From Octopus sinensis (taxonomy: Eukaryota): a stretch of 64,000 bases of DNA. The DNA lies in contig NC_043021.1 of NCBI RefSeq assembly GCF_006345805.1, positions 2,108,001-2,172,000 of the forward strand, written 5' to 3'. The notes below the pieces were generated by a model. That model was not told where the DNA came from. It did not search any database and was given only the letters and a program-made list of their open reading frames with translations. A program made the position numbers and the translations under genes. Shown here piece by piece: positions 36,827 to 50,393 of the stretch; the stretch's first letter is position 1, and every line of letters begins with the position of its first letter.

Positions 36827-37699
36827 TACATACAAACTCTATACTTGGAATGACCAATTTTAAATACTATTGGAACTTACTCACGAGCTACAGGAATCTT
36901 CTATGTATACCATTCTGCCTAAATAATGGAACTGCTGATACAATATCAACGCATATCTCACGTCTGTTTTCATTCCTCCACTTCACTCTCTCTTTCATAT
37001 CTTATCTAGAATAACTATTGCTTAACCATTTTCTCATACCGTCTCCGGTGAAGGGATACATAAAATATCCTGGAAACAGCAGCTGTAAGGCCTTAACTTT
37101 ATAAATGTTCTAAAATCTTCACAGCTTTGGTTTTTTATCTCATCCTGTTAATTTTTTATATATACACATGCTGATATATGACCTACGTTGGACTCCTCAT
37201 TTGCATAATCACCGAACCTGGAACTTAACTATAGTCTGTCCATAGCACTTACGCCGCATTACCTGACACCTTTGGGTCTTATTGTAGAAAAGGAAAACGT
37301 TTTAATAACCCTTACATATTTTAGGGCACAAAGGTCCATCACCAAAAGTGAACTGAATAAAGAAATGTGATTTCATACAGACCTGGCCATATTTTCTGTT
37401 GTCTATAATAGACATATTCTTCTAGCAATGGTCCCTTTGTGCTGCTAAAATTTTCCCTTTACACATTGTAAGAAGCTAAATCTTCATTATTTTGTTATTT
37501 TACTTTCATGGTCCCACATAAAATGCACCCCATACATAGTGGAGTGGTTGGCATTAGGAAGGGCATCCAGCCACAGAAACCATGCTAGAATGGACAATGG
37601 AACGTGGCGCAGCCCCTGACCTTACCAGCTCTGGTCAAGCTGTCCCAATCCAAACCAGGATCGAAAACAGTCATTAAGTAATAATGATGACTGGCCCTC

Positions 37700-37880
37700 G
37701 TGCCAGTGGCACGTAAAAGCACCCACTACACTCTCGGAGTGGTTGGCATTAGGAAGGGCATCCAGCAGTAGAAACTCTGCCAGATCAAGATTGGAGCCTG
37801 GTGCAAGCCATCTGGTTCGCCAGTCCTCAGTCAAATCGTCCAACCCATGCTAGCATGGAAAACGGACGTTAAACGATGAT
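37700..37880 (+). mobile_element. Representative of SINE family C (...GGAGTGGTTGGCATTAGGAAGGGCATCCAGC...CCCATGCTAGCATGGAAAACGGACGTTAAACGATGATG); other copies at ~5375-5600, 9985-10115, 39590-39790, 48075-48230, 49555-49740, 53640-53920, 57690-57895, 58430-58690
   Basis: Recurrent in both orientations with a (GAT)n tail. Confidence 0.85.
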
Positions 37881-38383
37881 GTTAATAAGGGCATCAAGCC
37901 ATGAAACCGTGTCAAAGCAGACAACAGAGCCTGGAACAGTCCCCTGGCTTACTAGTTTCTGACAAACTACTCAACCGATACCTCCTTTTCACTCGTTCTT
38001 CCCGACTGTCTTACTCTCTCTCTCTCACTTGTTCACTCACACAAGCTTCTCTCACTATCACCGAAACTCACTCCCCCCCTTCTCAGTCACCACTTATAAA
38101 CACATATTGTACTGACACTGGAAGCCTGGTCCCACACTCCACTCCAGTCCAGTCCATTTTTTGTGGTGCTCATATAACCAACCCTCATTGCCTGTTACAC
38201 TCTCCTCTGCAACCACACACACACACAATACACACATACACAAATGCATGCACAGACATTCTCTCACACACCCACACACAACCATACTTACATGTGCACA
38301 TTCACATACATACACATCCACACACATACATACACAAGAATTCATTACTCCACAATTTCAGCCCAGACTACAGCAATACTCAC

Positions 38384-38468
38384 CACAGTCAGTAAGGCGC
38401 CATCTTGGAATTTGGGTTTGAAACAAATGAACTGCGCTGAATCTCCTTCTTCACCTTTGACCCAACCA
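38384..38468 (-). CDS. AAAS: AAAS coding exon 14
   Basis: (C)GWVKGEEGDSAQFICFKPKFQDGALLTV, AG/GT bounded. Confidence 0.93.
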
Positions 38469-38772
38469 CTGCAATTAAGGGGACAATGAAATGTTAATTA
38501 GTCAAAAATTATTTCAAAATAGTGATCGTTAATATTTTTAATTTCTAACAATGTATTTTTCAGATTCTACTTTGTTGTGTAAATTTATTATTTTATATAC
38601 TATAGGTGTATGTGTGGCCGTGTGGTTAAGAAGTTTTGCTTCCCAACCACATGGCTCCAGGTTCAATCCCATAATGTGGTACCTTGGGTAAGTGGTGTCT
38701 GCTATAGCCCTGGGCCAACCAAAGCTTTGTGAACAGATTTGGTGAATGGAAACTGAAAAAAGTATATGCCCC

Positions 38773-38824
<52 letters not shown>

Positions 38825-39869
38825 GAGAGAGAGAGAGGCGCAGGAGTAGCTGTGTGGTAAGTAGCTTTCTTTTTTTTCATTATTTTTTTTTCAAAATCCA
38901 CTGTCCCAAACACAGGTCTACACACCTCAAAGTGACACCTGGATTTGCAGCTGCTTCTCATCATTTTCTCCTCTCCTACCTACAGGTGAGTAACCTAGTG
39001 GCTCCACTACAAGAACCTACTTGCCCCTCCGTCCTTCCCCCCTCTTTTACTTTATACTGGTCGGGAGCAAAACGCAACCCGTTGAGCTTTCCGAATGGCA
39101 TACTTAGTGATAAAACACCTCCCATTTTTTTTCTTAGAAGTGCAGCCCACCTGAAGATGAGCCATGTCTCGTGATGCACCTGATGTGCCATATTTTGTGT
39201 GATCTGCATCTCCAAAAACATTGCCCTTACCTGCTCTATACCCTCATCTCCTCGCACATATGCTACCCTCCAATCCAGGTCTTTACAGTCTTACAAGCTG
39301 CATGGGGGCCTCACTACAGCTGCTTGCATGGAAAAATAAAAGCGCATCCAGTGCATGCTGCAAAGCGACTGACATTAGAAACAGCATCCAGCTGTAGAAA
39401 CTAAAACCATGTCAAAGCAGAGACTGGAGAACAATGCAGTCCTTGGACTCAGCAGATTCTGTAGAACCATCCAATCTATACCAGCATCATGATGATGATG
39501 ATGATGATGATGATTGATGCTGATGTTTGGAACAAGACAAAAGTTCTGAAATGAAATTATAATGAAAGGTTAAAACTGATATCATCGTCATCGTCATCAT
39601 TTAGCATCTGCTTTCCATGCTGGCATGGATTAAACAGTTTGACTGGAATTGGTAAGCCAGTTCCAGTCTGACTTGGCATGGGATCTACGGCTGGATGCCC
39701 CTCCCAATGGCAACCACTCCACAAAGTGTAACGGGTGCTTTTTACGTGCCACCTGGCACAGGTGCTTTTATGTGACACCAGCATCGGCCACAGAACATTT
39801 AGTTTCATAGAACAAGGGGTCAAGTCATGTGAGTCGGGGGTCAAAAAGAAGCAAAACAAATTTCCTTAC

Positions 39870-39945
39870 CATGGCGTGGCTTTCAGAGAAGGGCTTTTTG
39901 TCGTACGGAATACTGCTATCAGGTTTTTCTTACAACCAAAGGATT
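39870..39945 (-). CDS. AAAS: AAAS coding exon 13
   Basis: (E)SFGCKKNLIAVFRTTKSPSLKATP(C); phases fit both neighbours. Confidence 0.88.
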
Positions 39946-40472
39946 CTGCAATACAAACAGGAACATTAGAAGTGGAAGTGGGTGGGAGTATTTCATATTG
40001 GAATTGGAGACGGAGTACTTTGAACCGGAAGGGATTTACTGAAAGGGTCACCACAAAATAACAGAAGTTAGAACAACCTGTTCAACCCTTTAAATTTCTG
40101 ATTACTCTGTCAAATATATTGCTTATTTATTCCTATTTTAAAAAAATTAATTATTTTGAATTAATCATGCATTATGTCTTAGCTTTGAGATTTCAATGTG
40201 ATTGTTTGTTTTTAGAATGACATTGTAGGGTAGGTGTGAGAGACAGGATCTGGCCAGTTTGAGCATAAAACTGGTAGAATATTTGGGCCATTCAGGTTAC
40301 TCTGTCCATAGTTTTCAATTAATCATGTATTATCTCATAGCTTTGAGATTTTGGTGATGAGATTGTTAATTTTCTAGCAGATAGTAGTGCCCCGGCATGG
40401 CCGCGGCCTTCGGGCTGAAACATTTTAAAGGATTTTAAGGATTTAAGATATCTGATTATTAAAAAAAGTTAC

Positions 40473-40540
40473 CTTTGAACAGCAGAGCTAAACGCGAACC
40501 AGTGGGGTCCCAGACCAAACTTTGAACACAGCCACCAATT
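40473..40540 (-). CDS. AAAS: AAAS coding exon 12
   Basis: IGGCVQSLVWDPTGSRLALLFK; resembles human [22 protein letters not shown]. Confidence 0.96.
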
Positions 40541-41094
40541 CTGAAATTAAACAAAAACTGTGTTAAAGTCAGGCACAGAAAGCAATGATCAGCCAATGGT
40601 TGCACAGGATGACAACTGCTCCAAGATGCCAAAGAATAAGAAAACTCTTGACCACATCCACCCACCAATGACTGCACCTAAAAGAACGCTTTAAAATTTT
40701 GGCACAAGGCCAGCAACTTTGGGGGAAAAGGATTTAAATCAGTGATTCTCAACAGAGGTCGGTATGGCCCCTAACAATCCATAATTTTTGGGGGTCCATG
40801 CAACAAAATAGTAAACTGGGGATCCACAATAGTATTTTAAGGGCCCCTGAAAAGATTTTGCTTTAGATGTATGTATTGGTGTGTACTGCAAGAAACAGCT
40901 GGGTTTCTTTCTCTAACATTTTGCGAAGTTCCACCTACACAAGTTAATGGGTGAAAAACAAAATAGGGAATTTTAAAGAAGTATCGATAAGACTAGTTTT
41001 TAAACATCGGATAGTTAAAGGAATTCACCAGAACAAAATAATAAACAAAGGGGTCTATGCACCAAAATAGTAAATAGGGGATGGACAATAATAT

Positions 41095-42365
41095 TGTTGT
41101 GAAGATTGTTCGCCAATAGAATTCAAAGTTCTGGAACTCACGGGAATATTCACAAAGTGTCTCGGTTTTTGTTTTCGTTATTATTACAGTTTTGAGTTTT
41201 GCAGTTGGAATAAACAGACTTCACACCTATCTGGAGAACCAGTGTTTTCTTCTTTGCGAGTAAACGAGAGAAGTATATTGAGCCACAGACAACACACCTA
41301 TCTGGATTATTACTCTGCTCTTTGTAAGTAAACAAGGGAAATATAACAAATTGGTGTCGACGGTAGGATACTGTTGTCATTTTTTGTGAAGTGGACTTCT
41401 TACGATAGGATAAGAAAGGCTATTCTTGCAGAATGGACTTTTTACCTTGACACTCAGATATAATTATTTGAAAGGTAAACAATCAGTTTTGCACATAAGC
41501 TTCAGTTTAGATAAAACGTTAATTTTAATATTTCTATTATTGAAAACAAGTGGATGTATTCCACTGTAACTAGGTAAATAAAATCTTCGAACAGACAGTC
41601 AGTAGCGACACCTGCTGGTTCTGACTACGCTGCATTGATAAAGGGCAACAACCCTGAAACATGTCTGCAGATGTCTGACTAGCAAGGTGAAGCGACTGAC
41701 CTCCCCTGTTCGAAGGTTGTAATGGACGCAGGTTCATGTGTCATATAGCTAGCTAGAGGTGGTGGCCTCTTGGAGCTAATCAGCAACATCTTTAGTCTTA
41801 TATTTATAGACTACCATATTAGTATGGCGATAACCTTTAATATCCAGTAACGCTGCCGTAATCTCCTTTAGAGAGACTTAGTAATTTTAATATTTCTATT
41901 ATCGATAATTTAACTATTTTTACGTTGATAGCAATGGCGAAGCAATGCAGTGAGCTGATAAAGTTACTCACACAACAACTTCAACTGCAGAGAGAACAAA
42001 TGGAGGAACAGACACAGCAACACAGAGAAGATTTGGAAGCTTTGAGAAGGCTGATTCATGTTCGAATTTCTGAAAAAGATTCCAGTCCAAGCTCCCGTAT
42101 TCCAACTTCTTCTGCTGCTATCCCACCATTTGTTGCTCTGGTCTCAGCGTCTGAATCGTGGCCCGATTACTGGTCAAGATTCTGCACTTTTATTATGGCA
42201 AACGCTGAACCTAACCAGCGCAAGGCTTAAATTGTTTTCACAAATCAAACCATTGCCATTTATAAACAACTGGCGAACCTGGCCACTCACCAGAGTCCAC
42301 CAAAGGATATTAACCAGCTGACAATGGAGGAAATTGTGAGCTTTACGAAGGAACAATTTAACCCA
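41095..42365 (+). mobile_element. Ty3/Gypsy LTR retrotransposon 5' portion: LTR (41095-41348), PBS (41352-41369), leader, degenerate gag
   Basis: TG...CA-bounded ~254-bp segment; PBS TGGTGTCGACGGTAGGAT; gag-like MAKQCSELIKLLTQQ...SWPDYWSRFCTF...NQTIAIYKQLANLA...PPKDINQLTMEEIVSFTKEQFNP with an internal stop; truncated at a SINE. Confidence 0.78.
41585..41715 (+). ncRNA. Type I hammerhead ribozyme motif (core 41630-41670, U3-A8 variant) on an extended rod-like stem I
   Basis: CUGCA-UUGAUAA-AGGG-CAACAA-CCCU-GAAAC-AU-GUC-UGCAG; flanking helices GAC/GUC, GCUGGU/ACUAGC, CACCU/AGGUG, GUCAGU/ACUGAC, CUUCGAACAG/CUGUUCGAAG. Confidence 0.72.
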
Positions 42366-42535
42366 TGCTGGAGCACTGACTTTAGTCTAGCAAATCAACC
42401 CCCCAGGACTTATTTTTTGTAAGCTTAGTACTTATTCTATCGGTCTCATTTGCCGAACCGCTAAGTTACGGGGACATAAATGCACCAGCACTGGTTGTCA
42501 AGTGATGTCGAGGAAACAAGCACAAACATATACAC

Positions 42536-42584
<49 letters not shown>

Positions 42585-43436
42585 ATATACGATGGGCTTC
42601 TTTCAGTTTCTATCTACCAAATCCAATCACAAGGCATTGGTCGGCCCGGGGCTATAGCAGAAGACACTTGTCCATGGTGCCACACAGTGGGACTAAACCC
42701 AGAACCATGTGGTTGGTAAGCAAGCTACTTACCACACAGCCACTCATGTATATAAATATATATATAAACCCTTTATTAGTTTTTTTATGCATGCTAAACC
42801 ACTGATATTATTATAAACAATAATACCCTCATATATATATTTATGTGTGTGTGTGGTGTGTGTGCATATTTATAAAAGACAAGACCATTATTTAGAATAA
42901 TGATCATATCAAGTGACCAGCATGGAGAAAACCAAATAGGTAATAATTATTATAGGTATATAATAATTATAATTAAGGGTACCAGAGAAGCACCACCATG
43001 CCAGAAATAGCAGTCAAAATTAACTCCAGAACAACATGTATTCATATAGCACAGAATTCATGAATAGCTATATGTAAACATGATGTGGTTCTAGAGTCAG
43101 TTTTGACTGCTGTTTCTGGCATGGTGGTGCCTCTCCAGTAACCTTAATTATAATTATATGCCTAATTGAGAGGGTTAATCCACATCTTGTATTTTTGTCT
43201 CTGAACCAAATTTTTAATCGCCTGAAGGAAATGGTTTTTTTTTCTTTATGTAATCAAAGGGTTCATAAATAAAAAATGTCTGAAACACCTGTAGGGAACC
43301 TTTAACTCATTTGTGTTATATATATAAATAGAGTGGCAAGCCGGCAGAATCGTTAGCACACTGGGTGAAATGCTTAGTTCAATTCAATTCAATTCTTAAA
43401 AAAAAAAAGAAAAAAGAAAAAAGATGGGTCACTTAC

Positions 43437-43618
43437 TTGATGTCTTCATCAAGGGATGAAGTTAGACTGACCAAAGACAGATCGAGGAACACTTCAGCCG
43501 TTCGGTTGCCTCCAACGGTTCCTGCTTCTTTGTTGGTGCTAAAGGTCACCGCATACACCAGGGGTTCTGCGTCAGTCGCAAACAGCAAAGTGCTGCCATC
43601 GGGGCTCCAGCATGCCGT
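43437..43618 (-). CDS. AAAS: AAAS coding exon 11
   Basis: TACWSPDGSTLLFATDAEPLVYAVTF...LDLSLVSLTSSLDEDI(K). Confidence 0.96.
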
Positions 43619-44410
43619 CTACAACACAACAAGACAAAAACACAGTCTTCAGCAGATGTCCCTTTATTGAACCAATCATTGTTGTTGTTGTTTTTTGGCC
43701 TTAGGTCAGTCCCCAGTGTACTGTCCCCTTCATGTTTGTATGTCCACGCTGGGAGTTACTATCAATAAAGGATGTTTCATCTTATTTTTTTACTACCCAC
43801 AAGGGGCTAAACACAGAGAGGACAAACAAGGACAGACAACAGGTTTAAGTCAATTACATCGACCCCAGTGTGTAACTGGTACTTATTTAATCGACCCCGA
43901 AACGATGAAAGTCAAAGTCGATCTCGGTGGAATTTGAACTCAGAACGTAAAGGCAGACAAAATACCGCTAAGCATTTCGTCCGGCCTGCTAACGTTTCTG
44001 CCAGCTCGCCACCTTTCATGGATGTTTCATCTTGTATTATGTTTACCACAGATGCTGGTGTGGCTGTGTGGTAAGAAGCCTGCTTCCCAACCACATGGTT
44101 CGGTGTTCAGTCCCACTGCGTGGCACCTTGGGCAAATGTCTTCTACTATAGCCTCGGGCCCGACCAAAGACTTGTGAGAGGATGTGGTAGAAGGAAACTG
44201 AAAGAAACTGTGAACATATGTATGCGTGTGAGAGTGTGTGTGCGTGTACATGCGTGCATGTATGAGTATGTATCCATGTGTGAAAATGTATGCATGTGTC
44301 TGTAAATGTGCGTGTACGTGTGCATGTATATCTATGTATGTGTGCATGTTACTGTCTCCTTGCCTTGACACCACATGACAGTGAGTGAGTGAGTATCACC
44401 ATCACCATCA

Positions 44411-44836
44411 TTCTTCAAAGCCACAGTTGAACCAATTCTATTATATGGCTCAGAAACCTGGACGTTATCAAAGAAGCTTGAGAGGCGGTTGGATGGAACC
44501 TACACTCGCCTCCTTATGAGAGCTCAAAATCTCTCGTGGAAGCGCCATCCAACCAAAATGCAAATATATGGGAAACAACCACCTGTGTCATCTCTTGTGA
44601 AAGGTAGGAGAATCCAGTTTGCTGGACATTGTTGTAGAGCTGAAAAAGAAGTAATTTCTACTCTTCTCCTCTGGAAGCCATCTACTCGCAATACCAGAGG
44701 GCGCACACTCTCCTACCCTGATGTAATCTCCAGGGATACAGGCATCCAGCAACAGGACCTCCGTAATGCCATGATGGACCGTGAAGTCTGGCGTAACATA
44801 GTAAATTCCATTGTCTCGACCACGGTCGAACAATGA
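44411..44836 (+). mobile_element. RTE-clade LINE 3' end
   Basis: FKATVEPILLYGSETWTLSKKLERRLDGTYTRLLMRAQ...FAGHC...AMMDREVWR; GATGATGAT tail. Confidence 0.88.
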
Positions 44837-45232
44837 GGATGATGATCATACAAACAGTATCCTTTGCTTCCAATCTTCTGTGGAAGCATATCTGGTCAAA
44901 GGGAAATATTACCTTACTTGGAAAGCGGTGAAGGTTGGTGACAGGAAAGGCATCATCCAACTGTAGGAAATCCACCTCAACAGGAGTTCCATCTCCCCAA
45001 GGCAAGCACAGAATAGAAGACACTAAAACAACGACAAAACGATTACACTGTCCTATGTAGCCCTGTTTAAAAATGTTAAAGGTGAGGCCAGATGGGAGCA
45101 CTCTAATCTGACAGGCAACCATGGAAAGAGGGTCACAGAGTCTTATGCTGTGGTACCTTTAATGAGTGACATGTCAAAGACATATAAGGGTAGGGTGATG
45201 GTGATTAAAGGACTGCTGCTGCTGCGACTTAC

Positions 45233-45293
45233 CTGACATCGACCGGAAGGTAAAGTCCATTTGTCACATCCCCAAGTTTTCGTTTGCCAAACC
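45233..45293 (-). CDS. AAAS: AAAS coding exon 10
   Basis: (R)VWQTKTWGCDKWTLPSGRCQ. Confidence 0.96.
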
Positions 45294-46139
45294 CTAAATA
45301 ATAAACAAATAAGAAAAGGTGAAATGAAAAGAAAAAACAACAAAACAGAAAAAAAGTTGGTAGAATGAATTAAATAGGGAAATAATGTGTATTAAATGGG
45401 GCTGTAATAAATTTACCTGGTGTCAAGGTTCTTGAGAAGACTCAACTAACTACCTTGGAGAAAGTAAGTTCTGGGAGGGCTAGATTTGGGGTTTTCCACC
45501 CATTTCGGTGATCCTTCTTCACCCACATACCTTTCCTCTGCATCCCCCCACCTCCTCCTGGTTTCTACAGGCTACCCAACCATGCTGTATCAATTTGTTG
45601 TCTTGTATAAATACATGTGTGTGTGTATTATATATATATATATGTGTGTATATATATCATCATTGGCATTTAACGTCCACTTTTCATGCTGGCATGGGTT
45701 AGACGGTTTGACTGGAGCTGGTAAGCCAGAGAGCTACACTAGGATCCAATATATATATTCTTTTACTTGTTTCAGTCATTTAACTGCAGCCATGCTGGAG
45801 CACCAACTTTAGTCAAGCAAGGAGCGCTGCAATAAGTTTGTGAATCTCAGTGGGGAATATGTTGAATAAAGTCATAATTAACTGGAATTTTTCAGCCCCC
45901 CCTTGTTTATATCTGAGTAGTAATTAATTTCATAGAAGCAGGTGTGGTTGAGCAGCACAACAAGTTTGCTTCCCAACCACATGGTTCCAGGTTCAGACCC
46001 ACAGCACAGTACCTTAAACATGTGTCTTCTACACAGCTTCAGAACCAACCAAAGCTTTGTGGGAGAAGGAAACTGAAAGAAGCCCACCATGTGTGTGTGT
46101 GTCCCATGACAGCTTTACACATATTCACCAGATATTGCT

Positions 46140-46411
46140 CCTTCGGATTTCCACTTATTCAGGTCTCTGCAGAATAGTCTTAATGGTAAAAATTTCAATT
46201 CCTTGGATGGTGTAAAAAGATACCTTGATGAATTCTTTGCCATGAAACCACCCCAATTCTGGGAAGAGGGTATTTTCAAGATAAAGGAAAGATGGAGACG
46301 CATTGTGCAACAAAATGGTTTATATTTGGTTGATTAAAAATGTAATGGCAAGTATTTATTGACCTTTTTCTTTCCTTTAAAAATCAGCACGAACTTTCCA
46401 GACAACCCAAT
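46140..46411 (+). mobile_element. Mariner 3' relic, same family as 14707-14975
   Basis: Near-identical sequence including the terminal repeat end. Confidence 0.88.
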
Positions 46412-46678
46412 ATTTATTTAATTAACTTCGTTATTATTAAGCTGGTGTCTGCAATACAAATTAACATGAAATTTTGATGGAGGTTTTAATTGGGACAATT
46501 TTTTAAAAGGGAAATGAGAGAACCGGGGGCAGTTTCAGGCAGAGTTAATAAAAAAAAAATATTGGGGTTGATTTGCTCAATGAAACACTCGAAGGTGGTG
46601 CTCCAGCATGACCTCAGTCCATTATTGAAAAAAAAAAAAAATACACACACTGATCGAGTCATTTTACCGAGTACTCAC

Positions 46679-46803
46679 CTAAATACTGAAGCTGGTGTTG
46701 CAGACATTACTCTGAATCCATCTGGTGACCAACACACCATAGTGTTACCGCCACCTCCAATCCTCCGCAATGGTACTACAGCTTCCATGGCAACATTCCA
46801 TAC
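46679..46803 (-). CDS. AAAS: AAAS coding exon 9
   Basis: VWNVAMEAVVPLRRIGGGGNTMVCWSPDGFRVMSATPASVF(R). Confidence 0.97.
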
Positions 46804-47693
46804 CTAAACAAAATTTTTAAATAGTTATATGTATATATACACACATATACATTATAGATATAAACACACACATATACAAATATATATATATATATATATA
46901 TATCGTATTCTTATTCGTGTTATCATTATTATTTTTACGTATTTTCGTATTCTTATTCGTTCCTGTCCTTCTTTTGTATACATTCGAGGCTTTCTTCCAA
47001 GGAATCTAATGCGCTTGGCTTAGATTTTCCTTTGGGGCTGGCCAGGTCGGAGCAACCTCAAGATTAATCAGCCAAAATTGTGAAGATGATCCGGTTCATG
47101 GCTGAAGATTGAAGGCTACGAATGTCCCGTCCGTTTTTTTTGTATCGTCTTCTAAATGTTTTGCGTTCTTGTCCCAGTTTGTATTTTTCTACATATAATA
47201 TATATATATATTATATATATGTATATATATGTAATGTATATTATGTATATATATATATATATATATGTATATGTATATATATATGTATATGTATATATAT
47301 ATTATATGTATATATATGTATATATATATATATGTAATGTATATATATGTATATATATATATATATATATACATATATAGTGGATGTGCATGGCTTAGTG
47401 GTTAGGGTGTTAGACTCATGATCATAAGTTTGTGGTTTCGATTCCTGGAGCAGGCAACGCGTTGTGTTCTTGAGCAAAACACTTCACGTTGCTCCAGGGA
47501 CGTAACTCTTGTAAGCAGTCATGAAACAATGTTTCTCGTGAATATTTTCCTCAAGTCAGACTCATTTGAAAAAGAAAAAAAGTCTAGAGACGTTTTAAAT
47601 TCGAAATATTAAGCGAAGGGAGATAACTTTAAATGTGACACAACGTGGCTCCCATTGTCTGTTGTCTCTCTCTCATGCATGTATGTATGTAAT

Positions 47694-47733
<40 letters not shown>

Positions 47734-47791
47734 TTATGTGTGTATGTATGTATGTATGTATGATGTATGTGTGTATATATATATGTATTTA

Positions 47792-47826
<35 letters not shown>

Positions 47827-48800
47827 GTTAAATTCAAATTACGATGAACGTAAACAAAGAAGCGTTGAGATGTGTTAGAAACTTAAAGAGGTGATTTTAA
47901 ATTCTCAAACGCAGGATAATGCTAATAACATAGCCTGAACAGGATAAGCTACCCCTATTTTGCAGAAAAGTGTTGGCGGCCGGCTATGATGATGATATAT
48001 ATATATATATATATATATATCATATATATATATATATATCATCATAGTCAGCTGCCAACACTATATATATATATATCATCATTTAACGTCCCTTTTTCCA
48101 TGCTGGCATGGGTTGGACAGTTTGACAGGATTGCACTGTCTGCTTTGGCACGGTTGCTACGGCTGGATGCCCTTCCTAACACCAACCACTTCACAGCGTG
48201 TACAGGGTACTTTTTATGCGGCACCTGCACTACCGGGGTTACCATGCAGGGGGAACTTTATGCAAGGAGAATAAGGAGGGGTAAGGTGTGAGGGAAAGGG
48301 CCAAAGTAGAACAGGTTTCTTGCTATAGAGGAGGGACATGGCTAATTGTATTTGGAAGAGAAGCTGGAAGTGTGGGGGGGGGTCTGAAAAGTGATATAAA
48401 TTATGAAGACAGAGGGAGAGAGAGAGAGAGAGAGACAGAGAGAGACAGAGAGACTGAGAAAGACAGAGGGAGAGAGAGACAGAGAGATAGACAGAAAGAG
48501 AGAGACAGAGAAAAACAGAGAGAGAGAGATAGAGATAGACAGACAGGCAGACAAACAGATAGACAGACAGACAGTTAGGTACATACATACTATATATGTG
48601 GACAGGTATGATACATACACACTCTGACAACATAAATGTTTATGAAGAGTTGTTCAGCCCTTGACCTTGCAATAAATCACTGATCCGATAGGTTAATGAG
48701 GTTAACGACCTGTTATCTCATTACGCTTTTTTTATCTGCAATGTTATTTTTTTTTTTAAATGAGAGAAAAGAAAAGAAAAGAAAAGACAAAGAAACAAAC

Positions 48801-48921
48801 CATGACAGCAGTGTCAATGGGTGAAGCCGAGAGCAAAAGGTGACCACTTGGACTCCAGCCTAAACTGGACACTGGAGAATGGTGGTCTTGTTGCAGAATC
48901 TGAACACAACTGGCCGATGGT
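48801..48921 (-). CDS. AAAS: AAAS coding exon 8
   Basis: PSASCVQILQQDHHSPVSSLGWSPSGHLLLSASPIDTAVM. Confidence 0.97.
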
Positions 48922-49346
48922 CTGCAAGCAAAAATAAAAACAGGTTGAATTAGTAGTAGAGGTGGTGAGGGTGGTGGTGATGGTGGTAGTGGCAATGGTG
49001 GTGGTGGTGGTGGTGGTGAAGGTGGTTGTGAGGATGGGGACAACTGCAGTAGTGGTGGTGTAATGGTGGTGGTAGTGGTGGTGATGCTGGTGGTTGTGAT
49101 GGTGGTGGCAGTGATGGAGTTGATGGTAGTGATGGCAGTGATGGTGATGGTGGTCGTAGTAGTATTAGTAGCACCAGCTGTGGTGGTGGTGGTCACAGTG
49201 ACAATGCCAAATCATTTTGATCCGCAAAACAGAAGATTCAGGGTTCATATAAGGAAAAAGGAAATATTATTGAAGGATGATTTATTTTTGAAGAGATTTG
49301 ATTCGAGATGATTTAAGACAAGAAAGAAGCCCAAGATATTCCTTAC

Positions 49347-49430
49347 CGTTCTGCGAGAGACATCGGTTCCACATGCCAAATAAGGATACAAGAACGACAG
49401 GCCACCGCAAGCACAGAAGAAGAGAATGGT
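49347..49430 (-). CDS. AAAS: AAAS coding exon 7
   Basis: (Q)[27 protein letters not shown](R). Confidence 0.96.
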
Positions 49431-50393
49431 CTGGAAAAGAAAAAAAAAAAGATATTTATGCTGTACCCCTGGTGGTCAGTTGTCATGTAGGAAGGAGATG
49501 ATCCCTTCAAGATTAAGTTGAGATGGACAGGAAAGTTTAGAAAAGTGGATTAGCTGTTTTCCATGCTGGCATGGGTTGGACAGTTTGACTGAGGCCTGGA
49601 AAGCCAGAGGCTGCACCAGGCTCCAATCTGATCTGGCAAGGTTTCTGGATGCCCTTCCTAATGCCAACCGCCCTGAGAGTGTAGTGGGTACTTTTTATGT
49701 GCCACCGGCACAGGAACCAGTCGGATAGCCCTGGCATCGATCACATTCGGATAGTGCTTTTTACATACTCCCGGCATGGGAGCCAGTCAGGGAGCACTGG
49801 CATCGACCATGTTCGGATTATGTGTTATATATATATATATATATATATTTATGAGAAGGAAAACCCCCTTCAGTCACAAAACCATGATTGCACCTAGAAC
49901 TTTCCTCTCTGGGGCACAAGGTTGTTTTTTGTGGAAGAGCAGCAATCAGTCAAGCATACCAGCCTCCCCTCTCCATGCCACCAATGTTGTCCAAAGGAAA
50001 GGCAAAGGCCGATACAGCTTGGCACCAGTGACATCACAGCTCATTTTCTACAGCTGAGGGAACTGGAGCAACGTGAAATAAAGTGTCTTGCTCACCCAAC
50101 GCTCTAATTACTGAGCCATACACTTTATATATATATATATAATTATACAGGTTTGAACTTTACATCAAAGAATTTAGAAAGAAATTACAGAGCATATATA
50201 TTTACTTTTTTTCTACAAATAAAATTTTTTAAAGATTCTAGTCATTGGTAACCATGTATAGTGCTATTTCGTCCCTTTTTGAAATCATCAGCATGGCGTA
50301 GCTTTAGACAAATAAATTAAGCTAAATTCAACATTTGATAAAGGATAGAGTGGAGGTCTGGATAGGCCGGGAGGGGCTAATTGTAAAACTTAC

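Noticed and set aside
38976-39257. 93-aa minus-strand ORF in an AAAS intron
   Set aside because: No recognisable motif or splice context; AAAS exons on either side already join in phase
47090-47135. CTGAAGA...GAAT motif (family also at ~10180-10240, 52410, 53380) as a hammerhead
   Set aside because: No GAAA, and no foldable stem II with a viable loop in any copy
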